This document shows positions 28,848 to 38,662 of a stretch of DNA of 64,000 nt, piece after piece. The translations under genes and the position numbers were made by a program. Location: NCBI GenBank assembly GCA_027623675.1, contig JAQBVF010000017.1:14185-78184 (forward strand). The letters run 5' to 3'. The stretch comes from Chloroflexota bacterium. GTDB lineage: Bacteria > Chloroflexota > Dehalococcoidia > Lucifugimonadales > UBA3495. Below the pieces are notes generated by a model. It was given only the letters and a program-made list of their open reading frames with translations, made no database searches and was not told where the DNA came from. How positions within the stretch are numbered: position 1 is the stretch's first letter; every line of letters begins with the position of its first letter.

Positions 28848-29858
28848 TTGGCCGTCGTCGGAATCATCGCCAACCCTGCCGCCAGCAAAGACATCCGCCG
28901 TTTGGTCGCCCAGGGCCGGGTTATACCCGACTGGGAGAAGGTGAATACCATTCGCCGGGTGCTGCTGGGACTCCAATCGGTGGGCGTGAAGCAAGTGATC
29001 GCCATGCCGGACAGCTCCAACCTGGTGCGGCGGGCCGCCGACGACCCCACGCTGGAGACCGACCTGGGGTTCGTGGAAATGCCGTCCTTCCACTCGGAGG
29101 GCGACACCGTGCGCGCCGCGGGAATCATGGGGGAACAGGGCGTGGACTGCCTGGTGACCCTCGGCGGCGACGGCACCAACCGGGCGGTGACCGTTGGCTG
29201 CCGGACCATTCCCATGGTGGCCATCTCCACCGGCACCAACAACGTGTTCCCCGCCATGGTCGAAGGCACCCTGGCTGGCTTGGCGGCGGGACTGGTCGCG
29301 ACCGGCAAGCTGGCTCTGGCCGACGTTGCCCTGACCAGCAAGACCATGAACGTCTACGTGGACGGCGAACTGCGGGACATCGCTCTGGTCGATGTTGGCC
29401 TTTCCAAAGAGCGGTTCGTTTCCACCAGGGCCATCTGGGACATGGATACCTTGTTCGAGGTATTTCTCACCAGGGCCGAGCCGGCGTCCATCGGGTTATC
29501 GTCCATCGGCGCCCGATTGGAAGCGGTCTCACTGGCTGACGAGGGTGGCCTGCGGTACAGCATCACCGACCCGGAGGATGGCCGGCCTGCGGGAGTCACG
29601 GTCCTGGCACCCATCGCGCCGGGCATCATACCTCCGGTGGCCATATCGTCGTGGCAGCGGATGGCTGACGGTGAACGGTTGGCCATCGAGAATCGGGACT
29701 GCACCGTGGCGCTGGACGGCGAACGGGCCTTTTCGGTCAACAAGTCTCAGCGGTTGGAGATGGAGGTCCGCCGGGACGGCCCGCCAGTGATCGACGTGGA
29801 ACTGGCCCTGACGGTCGCGGCCAAGCAGGGGTTGTTCAAACTGGCTGGAGGGAACTAG
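28848..29858 (+). CDS. ATP-NAD kinase-like / acetoin catabolism protein AcoX family
   Basis: GIIANPAASKDIRRLV, LGGDGTNR, ISTGTNNVFP, ALDGER motifs. Confidence 0.85.
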   Translation: MAVVGIIANPAASKDIRRLVAQGRVIPDWEKVNTIRRVLLGLQSVGVKQVIAMPDSSNLVRRAADDPTLETDLGFVEMPSFHSEGDTVRAAGIMGEQGVDCLVTLGGDGTNRAVTVGCRTIPMVAISTGTNNVFPAMVEGTLAGLAAGLVATGKLALADVALTSKTMNVYVDGELRDIALVDVGLSKERFVSTRAIWDMDTLFEVFLTRAEPASIGLSSIGARLEAVSLADEGGLRYSITDPEDGRPAGVTVLAPIAPGIIPPVAISSWQRMADGERLAIENRDCTVALDGERAFSVNKSQRLEMEVRRDGPPVIDVELALTVAAKQGLFKLAGGN

Positions 29859-29866
29859 ACCCGACT

Positions 29867-30607
29867 TTGGTAACCGGCATCGAGCTTTTCTTTAGCATCC
29901 TCATCGTTGCCGCCGCCTCAACCGTCATCGGCACGGTTGGTTTCGGGTTCGCTCTGGTCGCCGCGCCCGTCCTGCTGGTGTACCTAGATCCCCAACAGAC
30001 GGTTGTGGTCATCAATTGCCTCATCGGCGTGACGCTCATCATGGTCTTGGCGCGCACCTGGCGTTATCTGGACCTCCGGGCCAGCGCCGGTCTGGTCGCG
30101 GGCGGGGTTGCCGCCACTCCGGTTGGGGTGCTGGCGTTGAACGCGGCCAGCCCCAGTGTGCTCCGGATAACCATCGCCATCGTGATCATCTTTCTGGGTC
30201 TCTTCAGCTTGAGGAACGTCCAACTGCCCTTTGCCGAGAGCCGGGCGGCCGGCCCGGTCTTCGGGTTCCTAACATCGTTGTCGGTGACGACCATCGCCAT
30301 CGGTGGCCCTTTAGGCGCCATCTACGCCATATCCCAGGGGTGGAAACCCAACATGGTCAGAGCGTCGTTGGCGTTGTTCTTCCTGGTATCGGACATCGTG
30401 GCCGTCGCCCTCTATTGGGCCACGGGACTGGTGGGAAAAGACACCCTGGCCAACGTCGGCGTGATGATCCCTGGGACGATCATTGGGTTCTTCGCGGCCA
30501 GGCTCTTGGTCAACCGAATCAACGAGCGGGTCTTCCGCCACGCGGTGATCGCCGTGGTCGTCATCGCCGGGAGCGTGACGCTGCTGCGGGAATTCACCCC
30601 GATCTAA
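29867..30607 (+). CDS. TauE/SafE (TSUP) family membrane protein
   Basis: GTVGFGFALV, IGGP, about 8 hydrophobic segments. Confidence 0.85.
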   Translation: MVTGIELFFSILIVAAASTVIGTVGFGFALVAAPVLLVYLDPQQTVVVINCLIGVTLIMVLARTWRYLDLRASAGLVAGGVAATPVGVLALNAASPSVLRITIAIVIIFLGLFSLRNVQLPFAESRAAGPVFGFLTSLSVTTIAIGGPLGAIYAISQGWKPNMVRASLALFFLVSDIVAVALYWATGLVGKDTLANVGVMIPGTIIGFFAARLLVNRINERVFRHAVIAVVVIAGSVTLLREFTPI

Positions 30608-30621
30608 GGCGATAAATGATT

Positions 30622-30667
30622 AGCAATGAAAATGGGCCGAGATTATTCTCGGCCCATTTTCATTGCT
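30622..30667. terminator. Bidirectional intrinsic terminator
   Basis: Perfect 21-bp inverted repeat AGCAATGAAAATGGGCCGAGA/TCTCGGCCCATTTTCATTGCT between convergent genes. Confidence 0.85.
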
Positions 30668-30713
30668 TGCCTGTGGGAATCGCCTGTGGGAAGCGCCGAG
30701 CCGAAAGGACGGG

Positions 30714-31634
30714 CTAGTTATTCAGGTCGTGGAACGCCGCCAGCGCCGCCGTGATGCCGTCGCCCACCGCCGCGCCGAGTTGACGGGTGGACTCGGCCCG
30801 GGCGTCGCCGCAAGCGTAGACACCGGGCAAAGCCGTCCTCATGTGGATGTCGGTGCAGACATGGCCGCCCGAGTCCATCTCCAACAGCCCCTGCAGGTAC
30901 TCAGTGTTGGGGTGAAAGCCCACGTAGATGAAGGCTGCCGCCATGGGCAACTCGTAGGTTTTCTCCGTTTTCAGGTCTTTCACCAGAGCCCGGTCCAGAG
31001 CTTGGTCGCCCCGGAACTCCTCAACGACGTGGCTCCAGAGAAATTTGACCTTCTCGTTGGCGAAGGCGCGCTCCTGCAGCACCTTGGCGGCCCGGAGTTC
31101 ATCGCGCCGGTGGATGAAGGTAACCGAGTTGACGATGCCGCTCAGGTAATGGCCTTCGTCCATGGCGGCGTCGCCTCCGCCCACGACGACCACGTCCTGG
31201 CCGCGAAAGAAATTGCCGTCGCATACCGCGCAGTAGGAGACGCCACGTCCGGCCAGAGCGTCCTCGCCGGCCACCCCCAGCTTGTTGTGGGAACCACCGG
31301 TGGCGATGATGATTGATTTGGTGGTGAAGTCCCGGTCATCGGTCCGGACAATCTTGATTGGCTTGTCGGCGTCCTCGATACCGATGACTTCGGTGTATTC
31401 GGTCTCGGCGCCGAAACGGGCGGTCTGCTGTTCCATCCTCGTGGCCAGTTCCTGGCCCTTGATGCCCTCGGGAAAGCCGGGGTAGTTCTCGATCTCGTCG
31501 GTGATTAGGAGTTGGCCGCCGGGGCCGAGTTGCTCCAGCATCACCGTCTTCATCATTGCTCTGGTTGTATAGAGGCCGGCCGATAGTCCTGCCGCACCGG
31601 CCCCTAGAATCACCACATCGTAATCTGCTTCCAT
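30714..31634 (-). CDS. trxB: Thioredoxin-disulfide reductase
   Basis: GAGAAGLSA, ENYPGF, GVSYCAVCDG, VGGGDAA motifs. Confidence 0.95.
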   Translation of the reverse strand: MEADYDVVILGAGAAGLSAGLYTTRAMMKTVMLEQLGPGGQLLITDEIENYPGFPEGIKGQELATRMEQQTARFGAETEYTEVIGIEDADKPIKIVRTDDRDFTTKSIIIATGGSHNKLGVAGEDALAGRGVSYCAVCDGNFFRGQDVVVVGGGDAAMDEGHYLSGIVNSVTFIHRRDELRAAKVLQERAFANEKVKFLWSHVVEEFRGDQALDRALVKDLKTEKTYELPMAAAFIYVGFHPNTEYLQGLLEMDSGGHVCTDIHMRTALPGVYACGDARAESTRQLGAAVGDGITAALAAFHDLNN

Positions 31635-31689
31635 AACTGGCGTTAATACTCCTAATGTGTGCTTGCCGGGGCGTCAGCCAACTCCCAGG

Positions 31690-32685
31690 TTAGGGAGAGG
31701 CGGCGCCACCGGCTGATTTTCCGGTCAAGTGTGGGGGCTTGCTTCCGGGCAACTTCATGGACTCTTTGAAATAATCCACCGTTAGGCGTAGCCCGTCTTC
31801 CAGACTTATCTTGGGCGACCAGCCAAGCTCTTTAATCGCCTTGGAGGAGTCCAATGATATCTTGTAGACTTCGCCGCCCCTCTGGGGAGCGTGGATGGGG
31901 TCCCACTTATATCCTGTGATGCCCCGCAGCAACTCGAAGATTCGATTGACGTTGGTGGCCTCGCCGGTGGCCACGTTCATGGCCATGCCATCGCCGCGAT
32001 CGATCGCCGCGATATTGGCGTCAATCACATCAAACACCGATACGAAGTCGCGTTCCTGGGTGCCGTCGCCAAATATCTGAGGCTGTTTCCCTTCCAACAT
32101 GGCCTGACTGAATATGGCGACCACTCCCGCCTCTCCGTGCGGGTCTTGCCGGGGGCCGAAGACGTTGCCGTAGCGCAGTGAGGTGTAATTCAGGCGGTAC
32201 TGCCGGTAATAGAAGTCCATGTACTGTTCGGCAACCCACTTGGACATGCCATAGGGGGAGACCGGGGCTATCGGCGCGTCATCGGGACAAGGCACTGTTT
32301 CCGGGTTCCCGTAAAGAGCGCCGCCGGTACAGGAATAGATGACCTTTTCCACGCCGACGCGGCGGGCAACCTCTAGGACCCTCAGCGTGCCGAGCACGTT
32401 GGCGTTGGTGTCGTCGATGGGGTCGGTGGTCGACTTGGTTACGCTGGTCTGCGCCGCCATGTGGAACACCAAGTCGGGCTGTTCGCGCTGCATGATCTCG
32501 GACATCGCCGGCTGGGTGATGTCCGTATGATGGAACACGGCTGCTCGGTTAAGGTTCTTGATCTTGCCTGAGCTGAGGTCGTCCATGATGACGACTTTGA
32601 ATCCCAGGTCCAATAGGCGGTCCACCATGTGGGAGCCGATAAATCCAGCTCCACCGGTGACCAAGGCTGTTCTGCCGTCTGCCAT
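31690..32685 (-). CDS. NAD-dependent epimerase/dehydratase (UDP-glucose 4-epimerase-like)
   Basis: VTGGAGFIGSH, SPYGMSK, RYGNVFGPRQDPHGEAGVV. ATG 32685 follows GAGG. Confidence 0.92.
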   Translation of the reverse strand: MADGRTALVTGGAGFIGSHMVDRLLDLGFKVVIMDDLSSGKIKNLNRAAVFHHTDITQPAMSEIMQREQPDLVFHMAAQTSVTKSTTDPIDDTNANVLGTLRVLEVARRVGVEKVIYSCTGGALYGNPETVPCPDDAPIAPVSPYGMSKWVAEQYMDFYYRQYRLNYTSLRYGNVFGPRQDPHGEAGVVAIFSQAMLEGKQPQIFGDGTQERDFVSVFDVIDANIAAIDRGDGMAMNVATGEATNVNRIFELLRGITGYKWDPIHAPQRGGEVYKISLDSSKAIKELGWSPKISLEDGLRLTVDYFKESMKLPGSKPPHLTGKSAGGAASP

Positions 32686-32934
32686 CCGATCCTCTTTTGA
32701 TAGTAGTCGGGTGATAGTAGTCGGGGAAAGCGCGAATAGAAAACCCGCCCAGGTATCATAAACCCATGCGCATGCCAGTTCAACGGCGCAATCAACCGCC
32801 CCGCGCCCCCGGTGCGTGGCTTCCAGATGGAGCGGAGACCCCAAACTGTGTTACAGTTTTTGCGCCTGGCCGTAGGTCACCTACATGACCGTTTTGAAGA
32901 ATAAAACCGCAGACCAACTTGAGGAGGTCGCCAT

Positions 32935-33831
32935 ATGGCTGAACAGATAGGATTCATAGGACTGGGAATCATGGGGAAACCCATGGCGCGAAACCTGCTC
33001 AAGGCGGGCTATTCCCTGACCGTCTACGACATCGTGGGGAGCAACCAAGAGGAATTGGTGACCGACGGAGCGGCCGGCGCCTCCAACAGCAAAGAGGTTG
33101 CCGCCGTCAGCGACACCATCATCACCATGCTCCCCGACTCGGCGGACTCTGAGAAAGTCATTCTGGGGCCCGACGGTGTGCTGGAAGGCGCAAAGCCCGG
33201 TTCCGTTATCATCGACATGAGCTCCATCGCCCCACTGGTCTCCCAGCGCATCGCTGCTGCCTGCGCCGAGAAAGGCGTTGAGATGTTGGACGCTCCGGTC
33301 AGCGGTGGCGAGCCTGGCGCGGTGGCCGGGACCCTGGCCGTCATGGTCGGCGGCAAGCAAGAGGTCTTCGACAAGAGCTTCGATCTGATGTCGGTGATGG
33401 GGGGCAACGTGGTGCTTACCGGCGACATCGGCGCCGGCGGGGTGACCAAGCTGGCCAACCAGATCATCGTCGCCGCCAACATCGAGGCGCTCAGCGAGGC
33501 GATGGTGCTGTCCCAGAAAGCAGGCGTGGACCCGGAGCGGGTCTTCAACGCCATCAGGGGAGGGCTGGCCGGCAGCGCCGTTATGGAAGCCAAAGCGCCC
33601 ATGATGTTGAACCGCAATTTCCAGGCGGGCTTCCGAATCCGGCTGCATCAGAAGGACCTGAGGAACGTGCTGCAGACCGCCCAGGAGCTGAACATCCCCC
33701 TGCCGGTTACGGCTTTGTTGCAGCAGATTCTCGGCGCGCTGGTGAACGACGGAGAGTCTGAGTCCGACCACTCGGCCATCCTCAAGTTCATAGAGGGCAT
33801 GGCCAACGTCGAGGTGAAGTCAGGCGGTTAA
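32935..33831 (+). CDS. garR: 2-hydroxy-3-oxopropionate (tartronate semialdehyde) reductase
   Basis: IGFIGLGIMGKPMA, DAPVSGG, KLANQIIV, GFRIRLHQKDL motifs. Confidence 0.85.
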   Translation: MAEQIGFIGLGIMGKPMARNLLKAGYSLTVYDIVGSNQEELVTDGAAGASNSKEVAAVSDTIITMLPDSADSEKVILGPDGVLEGAKPGSVIIDMSSIAPLVSQRIAAACAEKGVEMLDAPVSGGEPGAVAGTLAVMVGGKQEVFDKSFDLMSVMGGNVVLTGDIGAGGVTKLANQIIVAANIEALSEAMVLSQKAGVDPERVFNAIRGGLAGSAVMEAKAPMMLNRNFQAGFRIRLHQKDLRNVLQTAQELNIPLPVTALLQQILGALVNDGESESDHSAILKFIEGMANVEVKSGG

Positions 33832-33869
33832 CGCCTGGCGGATATGGGCTGCGGGCTATTGGCTACCCG

Positions 33870-34700
33870 CTAAGCCTGGTCCAGCTCTCTGAACCGGGCG
33901 TCCTGCCAATCGAGGGCCGCCCGCAGTCCATTTGCAGCGTTGATCTCGTTGAATTCGTCCTGCTCCGGGCTGGTGCTGGTGGCGAACAGGGTCATCAGTT
34001 CCAAGTTATGACTGACGGTATTCAGGTAGCCCATCTCTTCCATGGCGTGGTTGACCGAGTTCTTGGTCAACTTCACGCCGATCTGGGGCAATAGGCTGAT
34101 CTTCTTGGCTACCTTCTCGCATTCGGCCATCAGTTGGTCGTGGGGCACCACCCGCCCCACCAGTCCGATGCGGGCCGCCTCGTGGGCGTCGACGGTGTCG
34201 CCGGTCAACAGCAATTCCTTGGCGTGGGCCAGATTCACGCTGTAGGGGGTAATGAGCAGCGGCGGCCCGTACCCGGCCCTGATTTCCGGCTCGCCCAAGA
34301 CGGCTCGGTCGGAGGCGATCTTGATGTCACACACCTGGACCAACTCGCAGGCCCCGCCCAAGGCATAGCCGTTCACCGCGGCTATGACCGGCTTGCTGCA
34401 GTTCCATACCGTCATGAACGTCTCAACCAGGGTCTGCAACTGTGTCCGCCAGGCGTCTACTGAGCCGACTTGCGGGTCCGTGGATTCGCCGTTTCGCGCG
34501 ATGTCGAATCCGCTGGAGAAAGCCCGGCCCGCACCGGTGATGATCAGTACCCGAACCAGTTCGTCCTCCTCCACCATCGCCATCACTTCCCTAAACTCGC
34601 ACATCAACCCGGTGTTAAGGGCGTTAAGCTTCTCCGGGCGGTTCAAGGTCAGATAGGCGATCTGATCTCTACGCTCGTAGACTATGTATTCGAAGGACAA
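33870..34700 (-). CDS. Enoyl-CoA hydratase/isomerase family protein
   Basis: LNRPEKLNAL, AFSSGFD, KPVIAAVNGYALGG, PE motifs. Confidence 0.93.
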   Translation of the reverse strand: MSFEYIVYERRDQIAYLTLNRPEKLNALNTGLMCEFREVMAMVEEDELVRVLIITGAGRAFSSGFDIARNGESTDPQVGSVDAWRTQLQTLVETFMTVWNCSKPVIAAVNGYALGGACELVQVCDIKIASDRAVLGEPEIRAGYGPPLLITPYSVNLAHAKELLLTGDTVDAHEAARIGLVGRVVPHDQLMAECEKVAKKISLLPQIGVKLTKNSVNHAMEEMGYLNTVSHNLELMTLFATSTSPEQDEFNEINAANGLRAALDWQDARFRELDQA

Positions 34701-34781
34701 TGGGTCTCCTTTGGTTGCGCAGGCCGGGGGTTTAGGTGTCCAGGGATGCGCTGGATCACTGATAGATTTGGCTAAGGGGAA

Positions 34782-35486
34782 TCAGGGACTCTTTAAGATA
34801 TCGATTCCCTGAATCACCACTGGTTCAACCGGCCGGTCTTGGGCGCCGGTCGGGGTCAGGGAGATGGCATCAACCACCTCTTGACCCTGTATAACCTGCC
34901 CGAATATGGTGTGGGCGCCGTTCAGATGCGGCGTGGGCACGGTAGTCACAAAGAACTGACTTCCGTTGGTGCCGGGGCCTGCATTAGCCATGGCCAGCCT
35001 GCCCGGTTGGTCGAATGTCAGATTGGTGACGATCTCGTCTTCAAACTTGTAGCCCGGTCCGCCGGTGCCGGTCCCGGTGGGATCGCCGCCCTGAATCATG
35101 AAAGACGGTATAACCCGGTGGAAGATCACGCCGTCGTAGAACCCATCACTGGCCAGGAATATGAAATTGTTCACGGCGACTGGGGTCCGATCGGCGAATA
35201 GTTCAATCTCCATGGTCCCCAGGTTGGTATGGATGACGGCGCTGTACTTGGCGGTTCGGTCGATGACCACGGGCGGTACGTTGGAGTACTGGGCAAAGGT
35301 TACGCCGCCAAAAGTCACCATTTGCCTCTGGGGTCCACCTCCGGAAACGGTTGACCCACCGGCCGGCAATGTCGGCCCTGCATCAGGGGTTGGTGTCGGT
35401 AGCGGTGATGGGGTTTCCAGCACGCATGCGGCCGAGATTAAGACCGCCGCGATGATGGCTGGAAGGAATAGTAATTTCGTCTTCAC
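34782..35486 (-). CDS. Cyclophilin-type peptidyl-prolyl isomerase, lipoprotein
   Basis: Lipobox ISAAC; FHRVIPSFMIQGGDPTG, AMANAGPGTNGSQFF. Confidence 0.94.
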   Translation of the reverse strand: MKTKLLFLPAIIAAVLISAACVLETPSPLPTPTPDAGPTLPAGGSTVSGGGPQRQMVTFGGVTFAQYSNVPPVVIDRTAKYSAVIHTNLGTMEIELFADRTPVAVNNFIFLASDGFYDGVIFHRVIPSFMIQGGDPTGTGTGGPGYKFEDEIVTNLTFDQPGRLAMANAGPGTNGSQFFVTTVPTPHLNGAHTIFGQVIQGQEVVDAISLTPTGAQDRPVEPVVIQGIDILKSP

Positions 35487-35593
35487 GCCGATATTAATGC
35501 CTCCGCATCATTGCCGGTTGGCCCGGAAAGCATACCATAGCCCCAGCCGCTATTTCTTGCCCAGCCGGGACCTGGTTGATGGCCAGGAAATTC

Positions 35594-36064
35594 TTATTCG
35601 GTGACGGGCCTGAAGTGAGTGATGTCCGACATGGCGCCGGTGCGTTCTTCCGACCAGACAGGCTCAACTTCCATCCCCAACTCAACCTCGGCGGGGTCGA
35701 TATCGCCCAATCGGTGGATCAGACCGCCGCGGGCTTCGGGCCATGAGACCATGGCAACCACGACGGGCGTTTCCAGTGGCTGTTCTTCCAGGTCCCGGTG
35801 CAGCACCGTGAAGCTGCGGACATAGCCTGGTCCTTCCAACGCCAGCCAGTCCGAAGACGTCTCCTCAAAGCACCGTTCGCAGTACATCTTGGGCGGCAGT
35901 AAAAAGTCGGCGCACTGAGGGCACGGCGAAGCCAACAGTTGTTGGTTGTCTCTCATGGCTTTGAAGAACCGCTCGCCCGCCACGCCCAAGGTGTAGCGGT
36001 GGAAGATGGGGATCGTGCCCGCCACCTGCCTGATTTTTCTGGTGTGGTTCGCCTTGTCCAGCAT
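35594..36064 (-). CDS. DUF35 Zn-ribbon/OB-fold protein
   Basis: CPQC...PPKMYCERC, GYVRSFTV, GMEVEPVW motifs. Confidence 0.9.
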   Translation of the reverse strand: MLDKANHTRKIRQVAGTIPIFHRYTLGVAGERFFKAMRDNQQLLASPCPQCADFLLPPKMYCERCFEETSSDWLALEGPGYVRSFTVLHRDLEEQPLETPVVVAMVSWPEARGGLIHRLGDIDPAEVELGMEVEPVWSEERTGAMSDITHFRPVTE

Positions 36065-36143
36065 GGACCGGTCTCCTAATGTCTAACTGTTGCCTTGATC
36101 GATCTGCCATCTTGATTCAATTGTTTGCCGGGCGCTTTTTCGC

Positions 36144-36644
36144 CTACGCTAGGCTGGTGCCTTGATTGATCAGGCGGCGCGACTCGGTGATCTGCCGGGC
36201 ATGCTCTTCCATGTGACCGGCCAGATATTGGATGACGCCCTCCACCGTGATGGGATTGTCCTCGCCCCGGTGTCCCAGGACCGACAGGTCGGCGGGCGCG
36301 ATCTCCCCGGTGGTTGCGACCGCCGAATCGTTGGCGGCGGCCAGGTCTCGGATCAGCGAGTCCAACGGGTCTCCGGCATGGTCGGTCACGGCTGCCGACC
36401 GGCGGTCATTCTCCACGTCGGTCCGGGTGATGTTGGGGTCGGACTCCCTGGTGATCACCACCGCCTTCTCCATCCAGAAGTATTCAATCTCGGCGATGTG
36501 CGCCATAAGCTGGGCCACGGTCCATTCGCCGGGCGCCGGGACCTGGCGAATCTCTTCCTCGGTGATGCCGTCGATGGAATCCATCACCACCTGGTGCGCC
36601 CCACGAAGCACCTGCTGGAGCATGGGTATCCGGTCCACACTCAT
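36144..36644 (-). CDS. DinB/YfiT-like four-helix metal-dependent protein
   Basis: PGEWTVAQLMAH, HMEEHARQI motifs. Confidence 0.85.
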   Translation of the reverse strand: MSVDRIPMLQQVLRGAHQVVMDSIDGITEEEIRQVPAPGEWTVAQLMAHIAEIEYFWMEKAVVITRESDPNITRTDVENDRRSAAVTDHAGDPLDSLIRDLAAANDSAVATTGEIAPADLSVLGHRGEDNPITVEGVIQYLAGHMEEHARQITESRRLINQGTSLA

Positions 36645-36647
36645 GGT

Positions 36648-37163
36648 CTAGACAACCAGCTTGAAGTATTCGATGTCGGTGATGGAGCCCTCCCGTTGGT
36701 CCGCGGGCTTCCACACCGCCCGCACCGGCATGCCGATCTTGAGCCGGGCTTTGATCTCCTCGATGTCCTCGCTGAGTTCACCCATCTTGTGCAGGATGCA
36801 CATCCCCGGGCTGGCGCCGTCGATCTCGACCACCACCGGGACTTCCGGTGTGCGCCGCCTGGATGCGTCCCAGTTGACCATGGAGATGGAGAAGGTATTG
36901 ATCTTGCCGGTGTCGCCCAACTCGACCCAATCGTCGATGGGGCGGTAGCATAGCTCGCAGAAGGCTCGCGGCGGAATCATGGTGCGCCGGCATTCGGGAC
37001 AGCGGACGCCCATCAACTTGCCTTCTTTCAGGCCGTCCAGGTATTGGCCCATGGCCACGCCCGCGTCCCAATGGTACTCGGCCTTCACGTTCCACATGGA
37101 CACCAGCACCTCGCCGGCGGTGAGGGCATGGTCGGTTAGGGATGTTCCGCTGAATGGTTCCAT
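36648..37163 (-). CDS. DUF35 Zn-ribbon/OB-fold protein
   Basis: CPEC...PPRAFCELC, GKINTFS, GMPVRAVWK motifs. Confidence 0.9.
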   Translation of the reverse strand: MEPFSGTSLTDHALTAGEVLVSMWNVKAEYHWDAGVAMGQYLDGLKEGKLMGVRCPECRRTMIPPRAFCELCYRPIDDWVELGDTGKINTFSISMVNWDASRRRTPEVPVVVEIDGASPGMCILHKMGELSEDIEEIKARLKIGMPVRAVWKPADQREGSITDIEYFKLVV

Positions 37164-37170
37164 ATCTATC

Positions 37171-37368
37171 TCATTTTCCGTTTGACGGATCGTTGATCGG
37201 CGAGGCTTCGTTGGGCCAGTCTTTCCCCAAGTTTAGTAAATAACGCACTGCGTCAGATTTGCCGGCTCGGTAACCCACATTCATCAGGATCGTGGATTCT
37301 CCCCAATCGGATTGTCTCGGACTGATACCGAATCGGGAAACGTATGGCCGGCAACTTTTGAATGCCAT
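37171..37368 (-). CDS. Small hypothetical ORF within the thiolase/DUF35 operon
   Basis: 65 aa ORF filling the gap, ending 7 nt before the DUF35 start. Lower GC; no motif recognised. Confidence 0.25.
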   Translation of the reverse strand: MAFKSCRPYVSRFGISPRQSDWGESTILMNVGYRAGKSDAVRYLLNLGKDWPNEASPINDPSNGK

Positions 37369-37427
37369 ACGGCCTTGGCTCCGGCTCCGGTTGGTTGGTG
37401 AGTCTTGCTTGCCACTTCCCTAGAACC

Positions 37428-38606
37428 TTACTTTCCCATCACCACCACGGTGCCGACCTGCATCAGGTCGCCCCAGGCTTGGGCCACCCCGCGCCGAACT
37501 TCCCGCTTCACCTGGCGCGGTCCGGCCTCGCCCTGTAGCTGCCAGTAGATCTCGGCGCATTTCATCATGCCGGCGGCGGCGATGGGATTGCCCACGCCCA
37601 GCAGTCCGCCGGACGGACTGGCCGGAATGCCGTGCTCCGTGTCCCGGTCCCAAAATCCCTCTTCCAACAACCTGGGCGCCTGGCCCTTGTCGGCCAGCAT
37701 CAGGCCCTCCAGGTGGTGCAGTTCTTTGTAGGCGAAGGGGTCATACGGTTCGGCCACGTGGATGTCCGTCTTGGGGTTGGTGATGCCCGCCATCTCGTAG
37801 GCCATGCGGGCCGCTTTCTCGACGTAGCGGGGATAATACAGGTCGCGGTTGGTCCAGAATGACGTGTCCAGGTTCCAGCCCACGCCCTCGATCCACACCG
37901 GTGGTTTGCTCATGCGCCGGGCGAACCGTTCCGAGGCCAGCACCATTGCGCCGCCGCCGTCGCTTATGGGCGACACCATCAGCCGCTGCACCGGCCAGGA
38001 CATGATCTCGGAGGCCATGATGTCTTCGATCTCGAAGTCGCCGGCCACCCCCAACTGGGCGGATGGATGGTCCAGGCCGTTGCGCTTGTTCTTCTGGGCC
38101 ACCCTGGCGAAGGTTTCCATGGGCACGCCGTAGGTCTGCATGTAGCGGTTCATCTCCAGAGAGAAGATCCACAGCAGGTTCACGCCCAGGGGCCGCTCGG
38201 TGAACTGGTCGTAGATGGCGTTGAACGCCCCCTGAGGATGGGGCAGCGCCGGGGACATCTTTTCTTCGGCCACCACCAGGCAGGTGTCGAACTGGCCGCT
38301 GGCGATGTGGTACCAGCCCGAGACCAGGCCGAACACGCCCGAGCCGCCGCCCACGTAGGTGCGCATGTAGGGTTTGCCCCAGGCACCGGCGCCGTCGGCG
38401 AAATACTCACCATTCATGTGCACGCCGTCGAACGCCTCGGGGGCGGTCACGGAAACCACGCAGTCGATGTCGTCAATGGTCATCCCGGCGTCGTCCAAGG
38501 CGGTCTTGGCGGCCTCGAAGGCCAGCTCTTTGGGCGTTTCCAAGGCGCGGCGCATGAACTTGGTCAGCCCGGCGCCCAGAATGGCTACTTTATTCTTGTA
38601 GGGCAT
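37428..38606 (-). CDS. Thiolase-fold (SCP2-thiolase/Ltp3-like) protein lacking the catalytic Cys
   Basis: APEAFDGV, YVGGGSG at the Cys position, SPISDGG, AEPYDPF, SGGLLGVGNPIAAAG. Confidence 0.88.
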   Translation of the reverse strand: MPYKNKVAILGAGLTKFMRRALETPKELAFEAAKTALDDAGMTIDDIDCVVSVTAPEAFDGVHMNGEYFADGAGAWGKPYMRTYVGGGSGVFGLVSGWYHIASGQFDTCLVVAEEKMSPALPHPQGAFNAIYDQFTERPLGVNLLWIFSLEMNRYMQTYGVPMETFARVAQKNKRNGLDHPSAQLGVAGDFEIEDIMASEIMSWPVQRLMVSPISDGGGAMVLASERFARRMSKPPVWIEGVGWNLDTSFWTNRDLYYPRYVEKAARMAYEMAGITNPKTDIHVAEPYDPFAYKELHHLEGLMLADKGQAPRLLEEGFWDRDTEHGIPASPSGGLLGVGNPIAAAGMMKCAEIYWQLQGEAGPRQVKREVRRGVAQAWGDLMQVGTVVVMGK

Positions 38607-38662
38607 CTATCTCTCACGACCCGCTTGGATAATGATTGGGTCCGCCAGCTTGATTCGGAGTC

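Noticed and set aside
36144..36644. DNA polymerase IV (dinB)
   Set aside because: It is the unrelated DinB/YfiT four-helix family, 166 aa.
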